IMG/VR virus record: IMGVR_UViG_3300036829_000172
Coordinates: 62,195 to 126,194 of that record
Length of the DNA stretch: 64,000 nt
Source of the DNA: a virus
Taxonomy: Duplodnaviria > Heunggongvirae > Uroviricota > Caudoviricetes
Reading direction: 5' to 3' (one strand)
Positions 36,825 to 45,224 of the stretch are shown here, one piece after another; the first letter of the stretch is position 1, and the number at the start of each line of letters is the position of its first letter. The notes under the pieces were generated by a model. That model did no database searches and was not told where the DNA came from. It saw only the letters and a program-made list of their open reading frames with translations. The translations under genes and the position numbers were made by a program.

Positions 36825-36901
36825 TGGCACGCCCCGAAGGAATCGAACCCTCGCCTTACGGCTTTGGAGACCGCGATGCTATCCAGTTACACCAGGGACG
36901 C
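36825..36901 (-). tRNA. tRNA-Trp(CCA)
   Basis: Cloverleaf; loop CT CCA AA; the only array tRNA seen with encoded 3' CCA. Confidence 0.92.
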
Positions 36902-36905
36902 TTCG

Positions 36906-36979
36906 TCGGGGAGGAGCGATTCGAACGCCCAGTCTCTGGTACCCAAAACCAGTGGCCTACCAAATTGGCCTACACCCCG
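36906..36979 (-). tRNA. tRNA-Pro(TGG)
   Basis: Cloverleaf; CTGGT TT TGG GT ACCAG. Confidence 0.92.
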
Positions 36980-37016
36980 GTTGGTGCCGGGGGTCGCAGC
37001 GCGACTCGCCCGGCGG

Positions 37017-37052
37017 TTAACGCCAGGGATACGGTCGACGGCTGCGCAACAT
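37017..37052 (-). CDS. candidate 11-aa micro-ORF MLRSRRPYPWR
   Basis: GTAAGGAGAACC-ATG strong SD; ends 38 nt upstream of tRNA-Pro. Confidence 0.35.
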   Translation of the reverse strand: MLRSRRPYPWR

Positions 37053-37126
37053 GGTTCTCCTTACCGGGGCGGCCACTGCCGCCTCATCTTAGCCCGGGCC
37101 GCCGACAGTTGTACACCCGTTTTCGC

Positions 37127-37498
37127 CTAGTCCGGCGCCTGCCAGCTGTCCACTATCTGCGCGGCGGCTTCGTACGCGTCCTGGGTGTCGCGTATGGCGG
37201 CCTGGCGGCGCAGCTTGCGGTGGTACCACCGGACAGGGGTCCAGCGACCGTCTGTGTAGCCGATATGGGGATTGCGGCCATAGTGCTGCCCTGGACGCAG
37301 GACCCAGGTCCGGCTACACGCGCAGCGCCATACGGTGCCCGGCGGGTAGTGCGTGGGCACCGGGACGGGTTTGGCTTTTGCGCGGTCTTCGGGCTTCATG
37401 AATCCCAGCGGCGGCGGGACCTTGGTCCATTCGGCCTTGGGCCGGTAGTGCGGCGGGTTGCAGCGGTGCCGCGCCTGCGGTACGTGGCGCACACTCAT
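37127..37498 (-). CDS. hypothetical Pro/Trp-rich protein
   Basis: WRCACSRTW motif; start uncertain. Confidence 0.55.
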   Translation of the reverse strand: MSVRHVPQARHRCNPPHYRPKAEWTKVPPPLGFMKPEDRAKAKPVPVPTHYPPGTVWRCACSRTWVLRPGQHYGRNPHIGYTDGRWTPVRWYHRKLRRQAAIRDTQDAYEAAAQIVDSWQAPD

Positions 37499-37508
37499 GG
37501 CGCTTGGA

Positions 37509-37667
37509 TCAGATCCGTTCCATCCAGCATTGCCCACAGGTGCACCGGACATCGACGAGGCCGCCGAGCATGTGGAAGTGGTAGACGGGGCGGTGACCGC
37601 GGACCCGGTGCCACAGGGACCGCAGCGCGCTGCTCGTGTGTTCGCCGCTCATGCTCAGGCTGCTCAT
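37509..37667 (-). CDS. small Zn-ribbon-like protein (52 aa)
   Basis: Hand-translated; AGGAG RBS; RCTCGQCW. Confidence 0.5.
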   Translation of the reverse strand: MSSLSMSGEHTSSALRSLWHRVRGHRPVYHFHMLGGLVDVRCTCGQCWMERI

Positions 37668-37821
37668 GTCTACTCCTGTCTCGGGATCTGCCCGCAGTCG
37701 CAGGCATGCTCAGGGTGCGGGCAGCAATGCCCGGTCCGGCGGTACTGGCAGTCGACGTTGGTGGTCATGATCCAGTTGCAGGACACCTGGTGCCCGTCGA
37801 TTGTCAGCCGGTAGAGGTCCA

Positions 37822-38307
37822 TCAACTCTCCTGCTGCTGCTGGGTTTTGACCTGATTGCGCTGCGCCCGGTACTTGGACAGTTCGTCGGTGAGCGGCTCG
37901 TCGTCGAGCTCGGTGTCACCCATCGGCGGCACCGGCCCGGCGCCGCCGGCACTCGGGCCGAGGTCGACGAGCTCGTAGACCTTGGCTTGATCACCCATCA
38001 GCCGGCGCGCCACCTCGATCGCCTTCAACTCGCCGTCATCAACGTGGGTGAACGCGGCGCGGACCAGGCGTTCCATCCGGGCCATGTAGATGGTCATGGC
38101 GTTCTCGTTGCGCAAAATGTGATCGCGGGTGGCGCGGTCCAACTCGGCGTTGATGATCTGATTGACCCGCGGCTGACCGAGTTTGACGCGGGGGTCTTCG
38201 GCGATCTGCTGCTGGGTGTGCCCTGCGAGGAACAAGTCGAGGATCAGTTCGTCGCGTTGGGCGCGCGCCGCAGCGGTCAGCGGTTTCGCGCGTTTACGGA
38301 CGGTCAT
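37822..38307 (-). CDS. HTH protein, probable terminase small subunit
   Basis: N-terminal HTH (LDLFLAGHTQQQIAE), RMERL...G.LKAIE..RRL, C-terminal DELSKYRAQR similar to actinophage TerS tails. Confidence 0.55.
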   Translation of the reverse strand: MTVRKRAKPLTAAARAQRDELILDLFLAGHTQQQIAEDPRVKLGQPRVNQIINAELDRATRDHILRNENAMTIYMARMERLVRAAFTHVDDGELKAIEVARRLMGDQAKVYELVDLGPSAGGAGPVPPMGDTELDDEPLTDELSKYRAQRNQVKTQQQQES

Positions 38308-38309
38308 GT

Positions 38310-39032
38310 CTATCCCCTGTACCGGCCGGCGAGCGCCTTGCTGGTGGTGTCGGCGACCGGTGTGTAGCGGTTCTTGAGAACTTCACGCATCATCCACGGT
38401 CTACCCGCCGCGATCTGGTATTCGCGGATCAGCGTGGCGTTGGGTGTGTCGTATTCGCGGCGGTCCCAGCCGGGGCTGTCGGCGCGGCCGTGCTCGTCGT
38501 TGTGGTCGATCGAGTAGGTGGTGCCGGGCAGTTTCCGCAGCGTGGACAGGGTTTGGGCGACGAAGTAGAACGCGGAATCCTCATATCCCCAGCCGATGAA
38601 ACGGGTGTCCTGCCCGCCCAGGCGCCACCACTCGTCGCGGGTGGCGACCAGGCAGGAGCCCAGACCGTCCGGATATTGGGTGACGATCGGCGCGTCCGGA
38701 AACTCTTCGACGGGCCGCTGCGCCCATTCGGCGGGGATCAGCACCCACCGGTCATGCGGCCAGGTGATCCCGACCGGGTCGGCGACCGCCGCCAGAACCG
38801 AGTCGATCGGCGGGATCGTGTCGGCGTCGGCGACCATCACCACGTCGGTTTTCGCCTGCGCGACGGCGTTGTTGCGGGCCTGGGACAGGCTGAAGATGTC
38901 GGTGTCGGAGTCGGCGGTGATGATCGGCCAGCCCGGGCAGTGTTGCTGCCAGAACCGCATCACCTGCTCGAACGGCCGCATCCGTGACGGGCTGGGCCGC
39001 CACGGAATGCAGATCGTCGCGTCAACGCTCAC
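38310..39032 (-). CDS. GT-A fold glycosyltransferase (GT2/GT7-like)
   Basis: ICIPWR, FSLSQARNNAV, VADAD (DxD), GGQDTRFIGWGYED. Confidence 0.85.
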   Translation of the reverse strand: MSVDATICIPWRPSPSRMRPFEQVMRFWQQHCPGWPIITADSDTDIFSLSQARNNAVAQAKTDVVMVADADTIPPIDSVLAAVADPVGITWPHDRWVLIPAEWAQRPVEEFPDAPIVTQYPDGLGSCLVATRDEWWRLGGQDTRFIGWGYEDSAFYFVAQTLSTLRKLPGTTYSIDHNDEHGRADSPGWDRREYDTPNATLIREYQIAAGRPWMMREVLKNRYTPVADTTSKALAGRYRG

Positions 39033-39283
39033 CTTTTGACCACGATTTTGCCGCAGTGCACACACTTGTGCGGATTGTCGCCATCAACCTGAACCTCATG
39101 CGGGCAGTCATCCGGGGTGGCTGCGGCGTTGGCCGGGGGCGGACCCTGGTAGTACTGGCAGTCGCATTCGTGCTGGCCGGTGAACCGGCGTTCGGCTTCC
39201 TTCCAGCCGGTCATGATGGTGACGTGGCAGCGCCCGCACTCATCGTGCGAGTTGCGGGGATGTCCGCAGCGCCGGCAGGTCAT
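39029..39283 (-). CDS. small Cys/His-rich protein
   Basis: CRRCGH..H...C, CDC, CPHE...CVHCG. Confidence 0.55.
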   Translation of the reverse strand: MTCRRCGHPRNSHDECGRCHVTIMTGWKEAERRFTGQHECDCQYYQGPPPANAAATPDDCPHEVQVDGDNPHKCVHCGKIVVKR

Positions 39284-39373
39284 ACCTCATTGTCGGAGCC
39301 GTGTCGCCCGTGTCATGCAGGGCGGCGGCGTGTCGCCCGAAATCCATGCCAAACCAGGCGGACAGTGAAAAGC

Positions 39374-39469
39374 ATGGAAGCCGCAGTCCCGATTCTGGTG
39401 GTCATCGACACCGTGCTGCTCGTGCTGATCTTGCTGCGGGTGTTTTTTTGGCCGGGCCCGCGAGTCTAG
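39374..39469 (+). CDS. small membrane peptide (31 aa)
   Basis: MEAAVPILVVIDTVLLVLILLRVFFWPGPRV. Confidence 0.45.
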   Translation: MEAAVPILVVIDTVLLVLILLRVFFWPGPRV

Positions 39470-39549
39470 AAATAGCGTCGCGGGCGTCAAAAAGATAACG
39501 CCGCGCGGAATCCTCTACGACGAGCCGCGCGACGACCAGTAGGGGTGCG

Positions 39550-39900
39550 ATGCGTGAGTTAGATCGGGCCACGCTCTGTGACTGGCTGGTGGGGGTGACC
39601 TACAAGCCAGGATGGTCGGTCAAGTTCGCTGGGCCGTTGAACGATGACCGTCTGTGGATCAACGTCTTCGCGACCGAGCCCGACGTCTGCAACCCCGGCC
39701 AGACGTTTTCCACAGCGCCGCTGTTCTGTGTTCCCGACGACATCAGCACACGCGCGGAGCTGTACAACTGGATCCTCGACGTGTGCATCCCCGGCGTAGA
39801 GACCCACGAGCGTTATGAATGGTTCCGGATCGACGGTCAGCATTGGCGCGATCCGCATGCTCCAGGCATGCCCGCATTCGCCGTCGACTTCACCGGGTGA
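39550..39900 (+). CDS. hypothetical protein, YKPGW...E.HE..E...DPH family (paralogue of 54124..54465)
   Basis: Motifs shared with the second copy in the window. Confidence 0.7.
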   Translation: MRELDRATLCDWLVGVTYKPGWSVKFAGPLNDDRLWINVFATEPDVCNPGQTFSTAPLFCVPDDISTRAELYNWILDVCIPGVETHERYEWFRIDGQHWRDPHAPGMPAFAVDFTG

Positions 39901-39906
39901 TTCGAG

Positions 39907-39978
39907 TGCGCCCCGTGGGATTCGAACCCACACTGTGCCGGGTTTAAGCCGACTGCCTCTGCGTTGGGCTAGGAGCGC
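39907..39978 (-). tRNA. tRNA-Leu(TAA), short variable loop
   Basis: GTCGG CT TAA AC CCGGC; ACAGT variable loop. Confidence 0.9.
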
Positions 39979-39979
39979 G

Positions 39980-40052
39980 TACACCCTCTGGGATTCGAAC
40001 CCAGACTGGACAGGTTTTGAATCTGCTGCCTCTGCCGTTGGGCTAAGGGTGT
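39980..40052 (-). tRNA. tRNA-Leu(CAA), short variable loop
   Basis: Loop TT CAA AA. Confidence 0.9.
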
Positions 40053-40053
40053 G

Positions 40054-40126
40054 TGCTCCCGGAGGGATTCGAACCCACACTGGACGGCCTCTCAGACCGC
40101 TGCCTCTGCCCTTGGGCTACGAGAGC
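40054..40126 (-). tRNA. tRNA-Leu(GAG), short variable loop
   Basis: GCGGT CT GAG AG GCCGT. Confidence 0.9.
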
Positions 40127-40127
40127 G

Positions 40128-40202
40128 TACCGCCGGAGGGATTCGAACCCACACTGTCAGCATCCTGAGTGCTGCGCCTCCTGCCGATTGGGCTACGACG
40201 GC
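40128..40202 (-). tRNA. tRNA-Leu(CAG), short variable loop
   Basis: CAGCA CT CAG GA TGCTG. Confidence 0.9.
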
Positions 40203-40252
40203 CTTACAAATTCTCCTAACTCTTGTAACAAGAAACATGAAAGTGCTGGTCG

Positions 40253-40336
40253 CAGAGGGTGAAGGTGTCGAACCCTCAGGCGTGATACCTGGCACGGTTT
40301 TCAGGACCGATTTGCTCAGCCGGAGCGCCACCCTCC
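40253..40336 (-). tRNA. tRNA-Ser(TGA)
   Basis: Loop CC TGA AA (C33); long variable arm; G73. Confidence 0.82.
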
Positions 40337-40339
40337 CAG

Positions 40340-40425
40340 CGGAGGACTGGCGAATCGAACGCCAAGCACCTGGCGGCCTCGCATCGGCTAGCAACCGCGC
40401 CCCGGCCCAGCCGGGTTAGCCCTCC
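40340..40425 (-). tRNA. tRNA-Ser(GCT)
   Basis: Loop TT GCT AG; long variable arm; G73. Confidence 0.82.
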
Positions 40426-40691
40426 CTGACTAGCTAAGTCGTAGGGAGGTACTCGATCGGCGCAATCGCTGCATGACCGCAAGTGTGACATAGCGGTGAA
40501 ACCGTTTCAACCGGTTGTCACAGGACCGTCGGTGCTCTGTTCCTTGATGAGTTCGTCAAGTAGGGCAACCGCTCGGCGGGCCGCATGGAGCAGGCCTGAG
40601 TTACGCCCCAGTGCCTGCTCGTGGGCGATAGCTGCGTTCAGGTCTGCGCGGCGGTAGATCAGCCACTGGCGGTGCATGAGGGAGATGCTAC

Positions 40692-40997
40692 TCACCGCGG
40701 GCAGGTGTCGTCGCTGACATACATCGGCACGGTCATGTCGGCTTCGATCACAGCCGTGAGCCGGTTCCAGGAGCTGCGCAGCACTCCGGCGCGGTAGACG
40801 ACGGGAAGTTGCATCAGTTCCCAGGTGCCGTTGCGCATCATGTCGGCGTAGCGGGTGACCAACCCCGGATCGGGTGTCCTGTTGGCTGTTGCGAGCCATT
40901 GGCGGGCCAGTTCGGGTGTGATGTTCACGAGGTGCATCGCGCGCCCGTACCGGCAGATGATGTCGTCGTCGGCCATCAGTGCGTCAGGGTCGGTCAC
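40692..40997 (-). CDS. small degenerate ParB N-terminal-like domain protein
   Basis: ITPELARQWL..NR....V.RYA.MM..G.W...G.L....RL.AVI.A...V.M.V; DGQHR motif replaced by SSWNR. Confidence 0.55.
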   Translation of the reverse strand: MTDPDALMADDDIICRYGRAMHLVNITPELARQWLATANRTPDPGLVTRYADMMRNGTWELMQLPVVYRAGVLRSSWNRLTAVIEADMTVPMYVSDDTCPR

Positions 40998-41142
40998 CGA
41001 TAACGGGCCTTAAGTCGATCCCCTGGTTTCCAGTGGGAGTCCCTACCCGCGGCTACCAGTTGCACAACCTCGGCGTCAGTCAGCTCTACCAACGCTTCGT
41101 TGTACAGCCGCGCAACGGCGGCGATTGTGCTGTCACTAATGG

Positions 41143-41334
41143 TCATGCGCGTAGCACGCGGCGCTCTAGAACGCCCTCGTAAGCCTGCATGTGCTGAAGC
41201 TGTTCCCGGAGATCAGAACGGTCGTTGTCGGGAAGTTCCTCGAACTCACCCGTAAGGATGAACTGCTCAAGTTTGTGGCGGCGTGCGCTGAGTTCGTCGT
41301 GCTCGGTGAACAGGCGATCTTTCCAGGTATCCAT
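41143..41334 (-). CDS. small coiled-coil phage protein (crAss001_48-like)
   Basis: RL..E..EL..R..KL..FI...F..L....R..L..QL..M..Y..VL..R pattern. Confidence 0.6.
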   Translation of the reverse strand: MDTWKDRLFTEHDELSARRHKLEQFILTGEFEELPDNDRSDLREQLQHMQAYEGVLERRVLRA

Positions 41335-41363
41335 CCCGTGTTTCTCCTTTGCCGGTGCCGATG

Positions 41364-41663
41364 TCAGGCGGCTCTGGACCGGCATCCGGTCCAGTGGAAC
41401 GATTTGTGACCAGCCGGAAGCTGGCATGTGCCGCAGTCGAAGACCAAGCCCTGGCGGATTTGATGATCGCCATGCCATCCGTTGTCACAAGCGGCTCCGC
41501 ATGGTGCGACTTCGGGGTCGAGAAATGATGCGCTGAGGTCATAGGTATTGAACGACAGTTGACAGTCGGCGCAAGTGAACCCGTCGCCGGAGTCGGTGGT
41601 TTCACCGCCGCAGGCCCCACACGCGGGATACTGCTGTACTGCATCGGGTAATGCGCTCATCAC
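41364..41663 (-). CDS. Zn-ribbon protein
   Basis: CGACG...CADC; CGAAC...H...CGTC.L..GH..H.TGC. Confidence 0.6.
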   Translation of the reverse strand: MMSALPDAVQQYPACGACGGETTDSGDGFTCADCQLSFNTYDLSASFLDPEVAPCGAACDNGWHGDHQIRQGLVFDCGTCQLPAGHKSFHWTGCRSRAA

Positions 41664-42500
41664 TTACGGCGTCGCGACCGGTTCAGGCTGCTGCTGCACG
41701 GCTGGCTGCGGGACCGGGACCTGCTCGTCGGCGGCGGCCGCCAGCTGATCTGCTGTCGGCACGGTACGGACGTATGCCGCATCAATACCTGCGCGCTGCT
41801 GCGCGTCGAGGGAATCGGCTGTGCTCTTCATACCCCAATCGCGGAGCCAGTCGTTGGCCGGCAGCTTCTGGGTAGGCACCAGCAGTTCGGTGATGTTGCC
41901 CTTCTTGGTCACGACGTTGGCTGGGTGGTCGAGGCGAGCGAACCGGTAATCGTGCAGCCGCGACTTGCCTGCGTCGGAGTTATTGGAGGCGACCCACGGC
42001 GGGTTGGGCGCATCGGGGAAGTCGCCCCAGCCGTCGTATTCGTTCGCCAGGAACGTGACCTCGGCGGGTGTGCCGGCGGGAACGGCCTGCTTAGCGGCTA
42101 CCAGCTGCGCGTTGCGCTGAAACGTCCACGCCAGCAAAATGAACCGCACACCACCCGGCGGTGTGTGCTGTGAGAGGTACAGCGCCACCACTTGGGATCC
42201 AAGCGAGAAACCCATGACTGTGTCGCCGGGCTTGATGGCGCCTTTGAGGACGAGCTTGTTGATGTTGTCGGCGCCGCCTTGGTTGTTCAAACCGTCGGAG
42301 ATGTAGGGCACCTTGGTGCACGGGCATTTGGTGCCGCCGAGGTCGGTCTGGGTGAGGTTGGTGCCGTAGCCGAAGTAGCCGTCGAAGTCGAACGGCTCCA
42401 GCGTCCACGTCATCGACGGTTCAGCTGGTGCGATGGGGGCCAAGCCAAGTACCAAAGCGACCGTGCAGATCAGACAGACTGCCGTTCTGAGCAGTTTCAT
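41664..42500 (-). CDS. secreted PE-PPE domain (cutinase-like serine hydrolase) protein
   Basis: Signal peptide, GFSLGS nucleophile elbow, NEYDGWGDFP, H-D-Y. Confidence 0.82.
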   Translation of the reverse strand: MKLLRTAVCLICTVALVLGLAPIAPAEPSMTWTLEPFDFDGYFGYGTNLTQTDLGGTKCPCTKVPYISDGLNNQGGADNINKLVLKGAIKPGDTVMGFSLGSQVVALYLSQHTPPGGVRFILLAWTFQRNAQLVAAKQAVPAGTPAEVTFLANEYDGWGDFPDAPNPPWVASNNSDAGKSRLHDYRFARLDHPANVVTKKGNITELLVPTQKLPANDWLRDWGMKSTADSLDAQQRAGIDAAYVRTVPTADQLAAAADEQVPVPQPAVQQQPEPVATP

Positions 42501-42516
42501 GAGATGCCCCTTCTCA

Positions 42517-42948
42517 TCAGGTGCTTTCCCGGTTTTCCAGGCCGACGGCCGCGGTCAGCTGCTCGATGTCGCTGCGTAGGCTCTGGGCCATTTCGCGGGC
42601 TTGTCCGGTGTCGTCCTGCTCAATGAGCCACACCATCGCCTGTCCGAGATTGTGCTCGAACTTGGCGATAGCGTTCAGCTTGTGCTGGGTGGCGTCGTCG
42701 CCTCGGCGGGCCACGTTCTCCAGCAGCGCCACCATCAGGAACGTGATGATCGTGGTGGAGGTGTTGATGATCAGCTGGCTGGAATCCACCGGCATCAAAA
42801 ACAGGGTCGGGAACCACGCGGCCACCATGACGACGCAGACCGCGAAGAACCACGCCTTCGACACCAGCTTGTGCGCGCCGTCAGCGAACCGGTCGAACCA
42901 GTTCGGGTCCGTCGCGGCGGCCTCGCGCGGCATCGTCACAGCCTCCAT
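42517..42948 (-). CDS. low-affinity iron permease (Fet4-like) family membrane protein
   Basis: FDRFAD...QLIINTSTTIITFLMVALLEN..RR.D.A.QHKLNAI. Confidence 0.8.
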   Translation of the reverse strand: MEAVTMPREAAATDPNWFDRFADGAHKLVSKAWFFAVCVVMVAAWFPTLFLMPVDSSQLIINTSTTIITFLMVALLENVARRGDDATQHKLNAIAKFEHNLGQAMVWLIEQDDTGQAREMAQSLRSDIEQLTAAVGLENREST

Positions 42949-42987
42949 CGTGAGGCTGGATGCAGGTTAGCGGGCTGAGGCGCGCCG

Positions 42988-44157
42988 TCAGGTCGTGTCG
43001 GGGCCGGCCAGATGTTTCAGGATGGCGTCAAGCGCGGCGGTCTGCGCGCCCAGCACGAGCCACATAGTGCCGGGCGAGTCGTCGTTGCTGGCGATCTGGT
43101 GCACCTCACGCAGGTGATCACGAGCGGCGCGCAGCTCGTCTTGCCGCTCCGCCTGGCTGCGCAACGTGTCGGCGTACAGTTCGCGGGCCTCGTCAACCCG
43201 CGAAGGGAATTCAGCAGTACGCTGCGCCTCATCGACGCGCCTCTTGAACTCGGTGACCCTGTCCATGAACGAGATGGACTGCGGCGCACCGGAGCTGTCC
43301 TCGCTGGCGGGGTGCACCCGGGTCTTGAATGCGCGCGGCGGCAGTTTGAACAGCGCCAGGTAGTGGCTGTAGCGCAGTACACCGGCCGCCGCTGGCGGTT
43401 CCTCGATGGAGTCGAGGATCTCGGGCAGGTTGAACGGGTCGGCCTCGAGGTTGACGGTGCGTTCCATGTAGCCGCGGTAGGCGAACCCGTCGGGTTGCTT
43501 GTCGCTGTTCTCGTCGCCCGGCCAGGTGCTGGTCAGCAGGTAGGTGCTGCCGCTGCCCTTGAACCGTTCCAGGATTTGGCTGGTGTAGGCGTTGGGGAAG
43601 TGGATCAGGACGTGGCGGGCCAGGATCAGATCCACTTTCGGGATCGCGTCTTCGGTGAGCAGGTTTTTGCATTCGAATGTCACGTTGGTTCGGCCGGCGA
43701 AGCGGCGTTGGTTCTCTTCGATGGTGGCGGCGTCGACATCCCAGCCGGTGTAGGACTGGATCATTGACAGGTCGACGTGCTGCATCCAGGTCCAGTCGCC
43801 GCAGCCCACGTCGAGCACGGTTTTGATGTCGTGGCGTTGCAGCAGCCCGGGTAGTTCCTTACGCAGCTGCTCGGTGGCTTCCATGGTGGCGCCGGGCCCG
43901 TTGACGGTTTCGGGTATCGGGTCGGACAATTTCGTCAGGTGCGGGATCTCCGACCAGGCTTTGGCGTTTTCCTCAACAAATGTCGATGTCGTGCGGCGGG
44001 TCGGGATCACGTCGTCGAGCATGTCGAGGATCTTCTCTGCCATCGCCTTGACGATCCGCGAGATGTCGTCGTCGTCGGGCATGTCGAGGATCTTCTCTGC
44101 CGTCGCCTTGATGGTCTGCGTGACCACGTCGTCGATGTTGTCCTCAATGGATGTCAT
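42988..44157 (-). CDS. class I SAM-dependent methyltransferase with N-terminal repeat and C-terminal coiled coil
   Basis: GPGAT, VLDVGCGDWTWMQHVDL, YTGWDVD, DLILARHVLIHF; AGGAAAGGA RBS before ATG 44157 (frame open upstream to 44664). Confidence 0.85.
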   Translation of the reverse strand: MTSIEDNIDDVVTQTIKATAEKILDMPDDDDISRIVKAMAEKILDMLDDVIPTRRTTSTFVEENAKAWSEIPHLTKLSDPIPETVNGPGATMEATEQLRKELPGLLQRHDIKTVLDVGCGDWTWMQHVDLSMIQSYTGWDVDAATIEENQRRFAGRTNVTFECKNLLTEDAIPKVDLILARHVLIHFPNAYTSQILERFKGSGSTYLLTSTWPGDENSDKQPDGFAYRGYMERTVNLEADPFNLPEILDSIEEPPAAAGVLRYSHYLALFKLPPRAFKTRVHPASEDSSGAPQSISFMDRVTEFKRRVDEAQRTAEFPSRVDEARELYADTLRSQAERQDELRAARDHLREVHQIASNDDSPGTMWLVLGAQTAALDAILKHLAGPDTT

Positions 44158-44668
44158 CGGTGTCGTCCTTTCCTCGTGGGGAAGCTGATCGACGCATTGC
44201 CCGTCGAAGTGGACCCCAGTGGTTTCACCGTCGAAATGAGTATCGCCTATTTGACCTGCACTAAGAGGCGTCACGGCATCTTGAACGAAGCATCTTCCGA
44301 ATAGCGACTCGATCGGGTCCGGCCGATTGATCTGCTCAAGTGCCTCAGCGAAGCTGTAGCAGTGCTTCTGGATCACGCCGAGCTGCGGATAGTTTGCGGT
44401 AATGAGCCAGATAGCGGGGGCGGCCTCGGTGCATTGGCAGCGGTCACATCGCTTGCCGCCGTTTTCGCGGGGCTGCCAGTCGTGCGGGCCGTCGTCTATG
44501 CAGCGCCATCCTGAGCGGATGCTGACCGTCACGCGGGTCTCCTTGTTGTCCAGTTCACTCATGGCCGCCACCCGTTCCATCGATCGATCCACCACCAAAT
44601 CGAGTTGAAGCTGGTCATCTCTGTTTGAAAAGCCTGATCTACCGTGTCGCGCAACTGATTCCAAGTCA

Positions 44669-45040
44669 TCACGTCACCCACTGGTCAGCCTCGGCGATCG
44701 GGGTTTGACAGTGGATACAGACACCGTCGCAGTCCAGGTCGGAGTATTCGCAGCCGTCGATCTCCACCCCGTCTAGTTGACACACCCGGTTACGCAGGTA
44801 GACGCCGTGCGGGTTCATCGCATCCGGCCCGAACAGCATCAGGTCCCCGGCCCGGCCCACCACGCCCCGCGGAAGCGCCCACCACGGGTAGCCGTGTTTC
44901 CGCAGCACCGCGAGCTGCCGTTCCGTGTAGAGGCTCAGGGCGCGTCGGCGTTCGTTGGTGGCGCACACCGCGTCGATGACCACGTCGACACCGTTGGCGG
45001 CGACATTGCACATGATGATTTCCTGCCAGGGCAGCGGCAC
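44669..45040 (-). CDS. hypothetical protein
   Basis: 123-aa ORF; C-terminal CIHC. Confidence 0.55.
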   Translation of the reverse strand: MPLPWQEIIMCNVAANGVDVVIDAVCATNERRRALSLYTERQLAVLRKHGYPWWALPRGVVGRAGDLMLFGPDAMNPHGVYLRNRVCQLDGVEIDGCEYSDLDCDGVCIHCQTPIAEADQWVT

Positions 45041-45224
45041 GCCATTAGAGTAATACGTTTCCCGTTACTTCACGGGTTATGCTGACTTACATGCGTGTCC
45101 GGTTGCGTGGCCTGTGGTGGCGGCTGTGCGACGTGCTGGCGGGGCGGATGCCGCGCTGCGAGCACGGCTTCGCCCCCGACCGTGGCATCGGGCTGTGGTG
45201 CCCCGGCTGCGAAGCCCAACGCCA

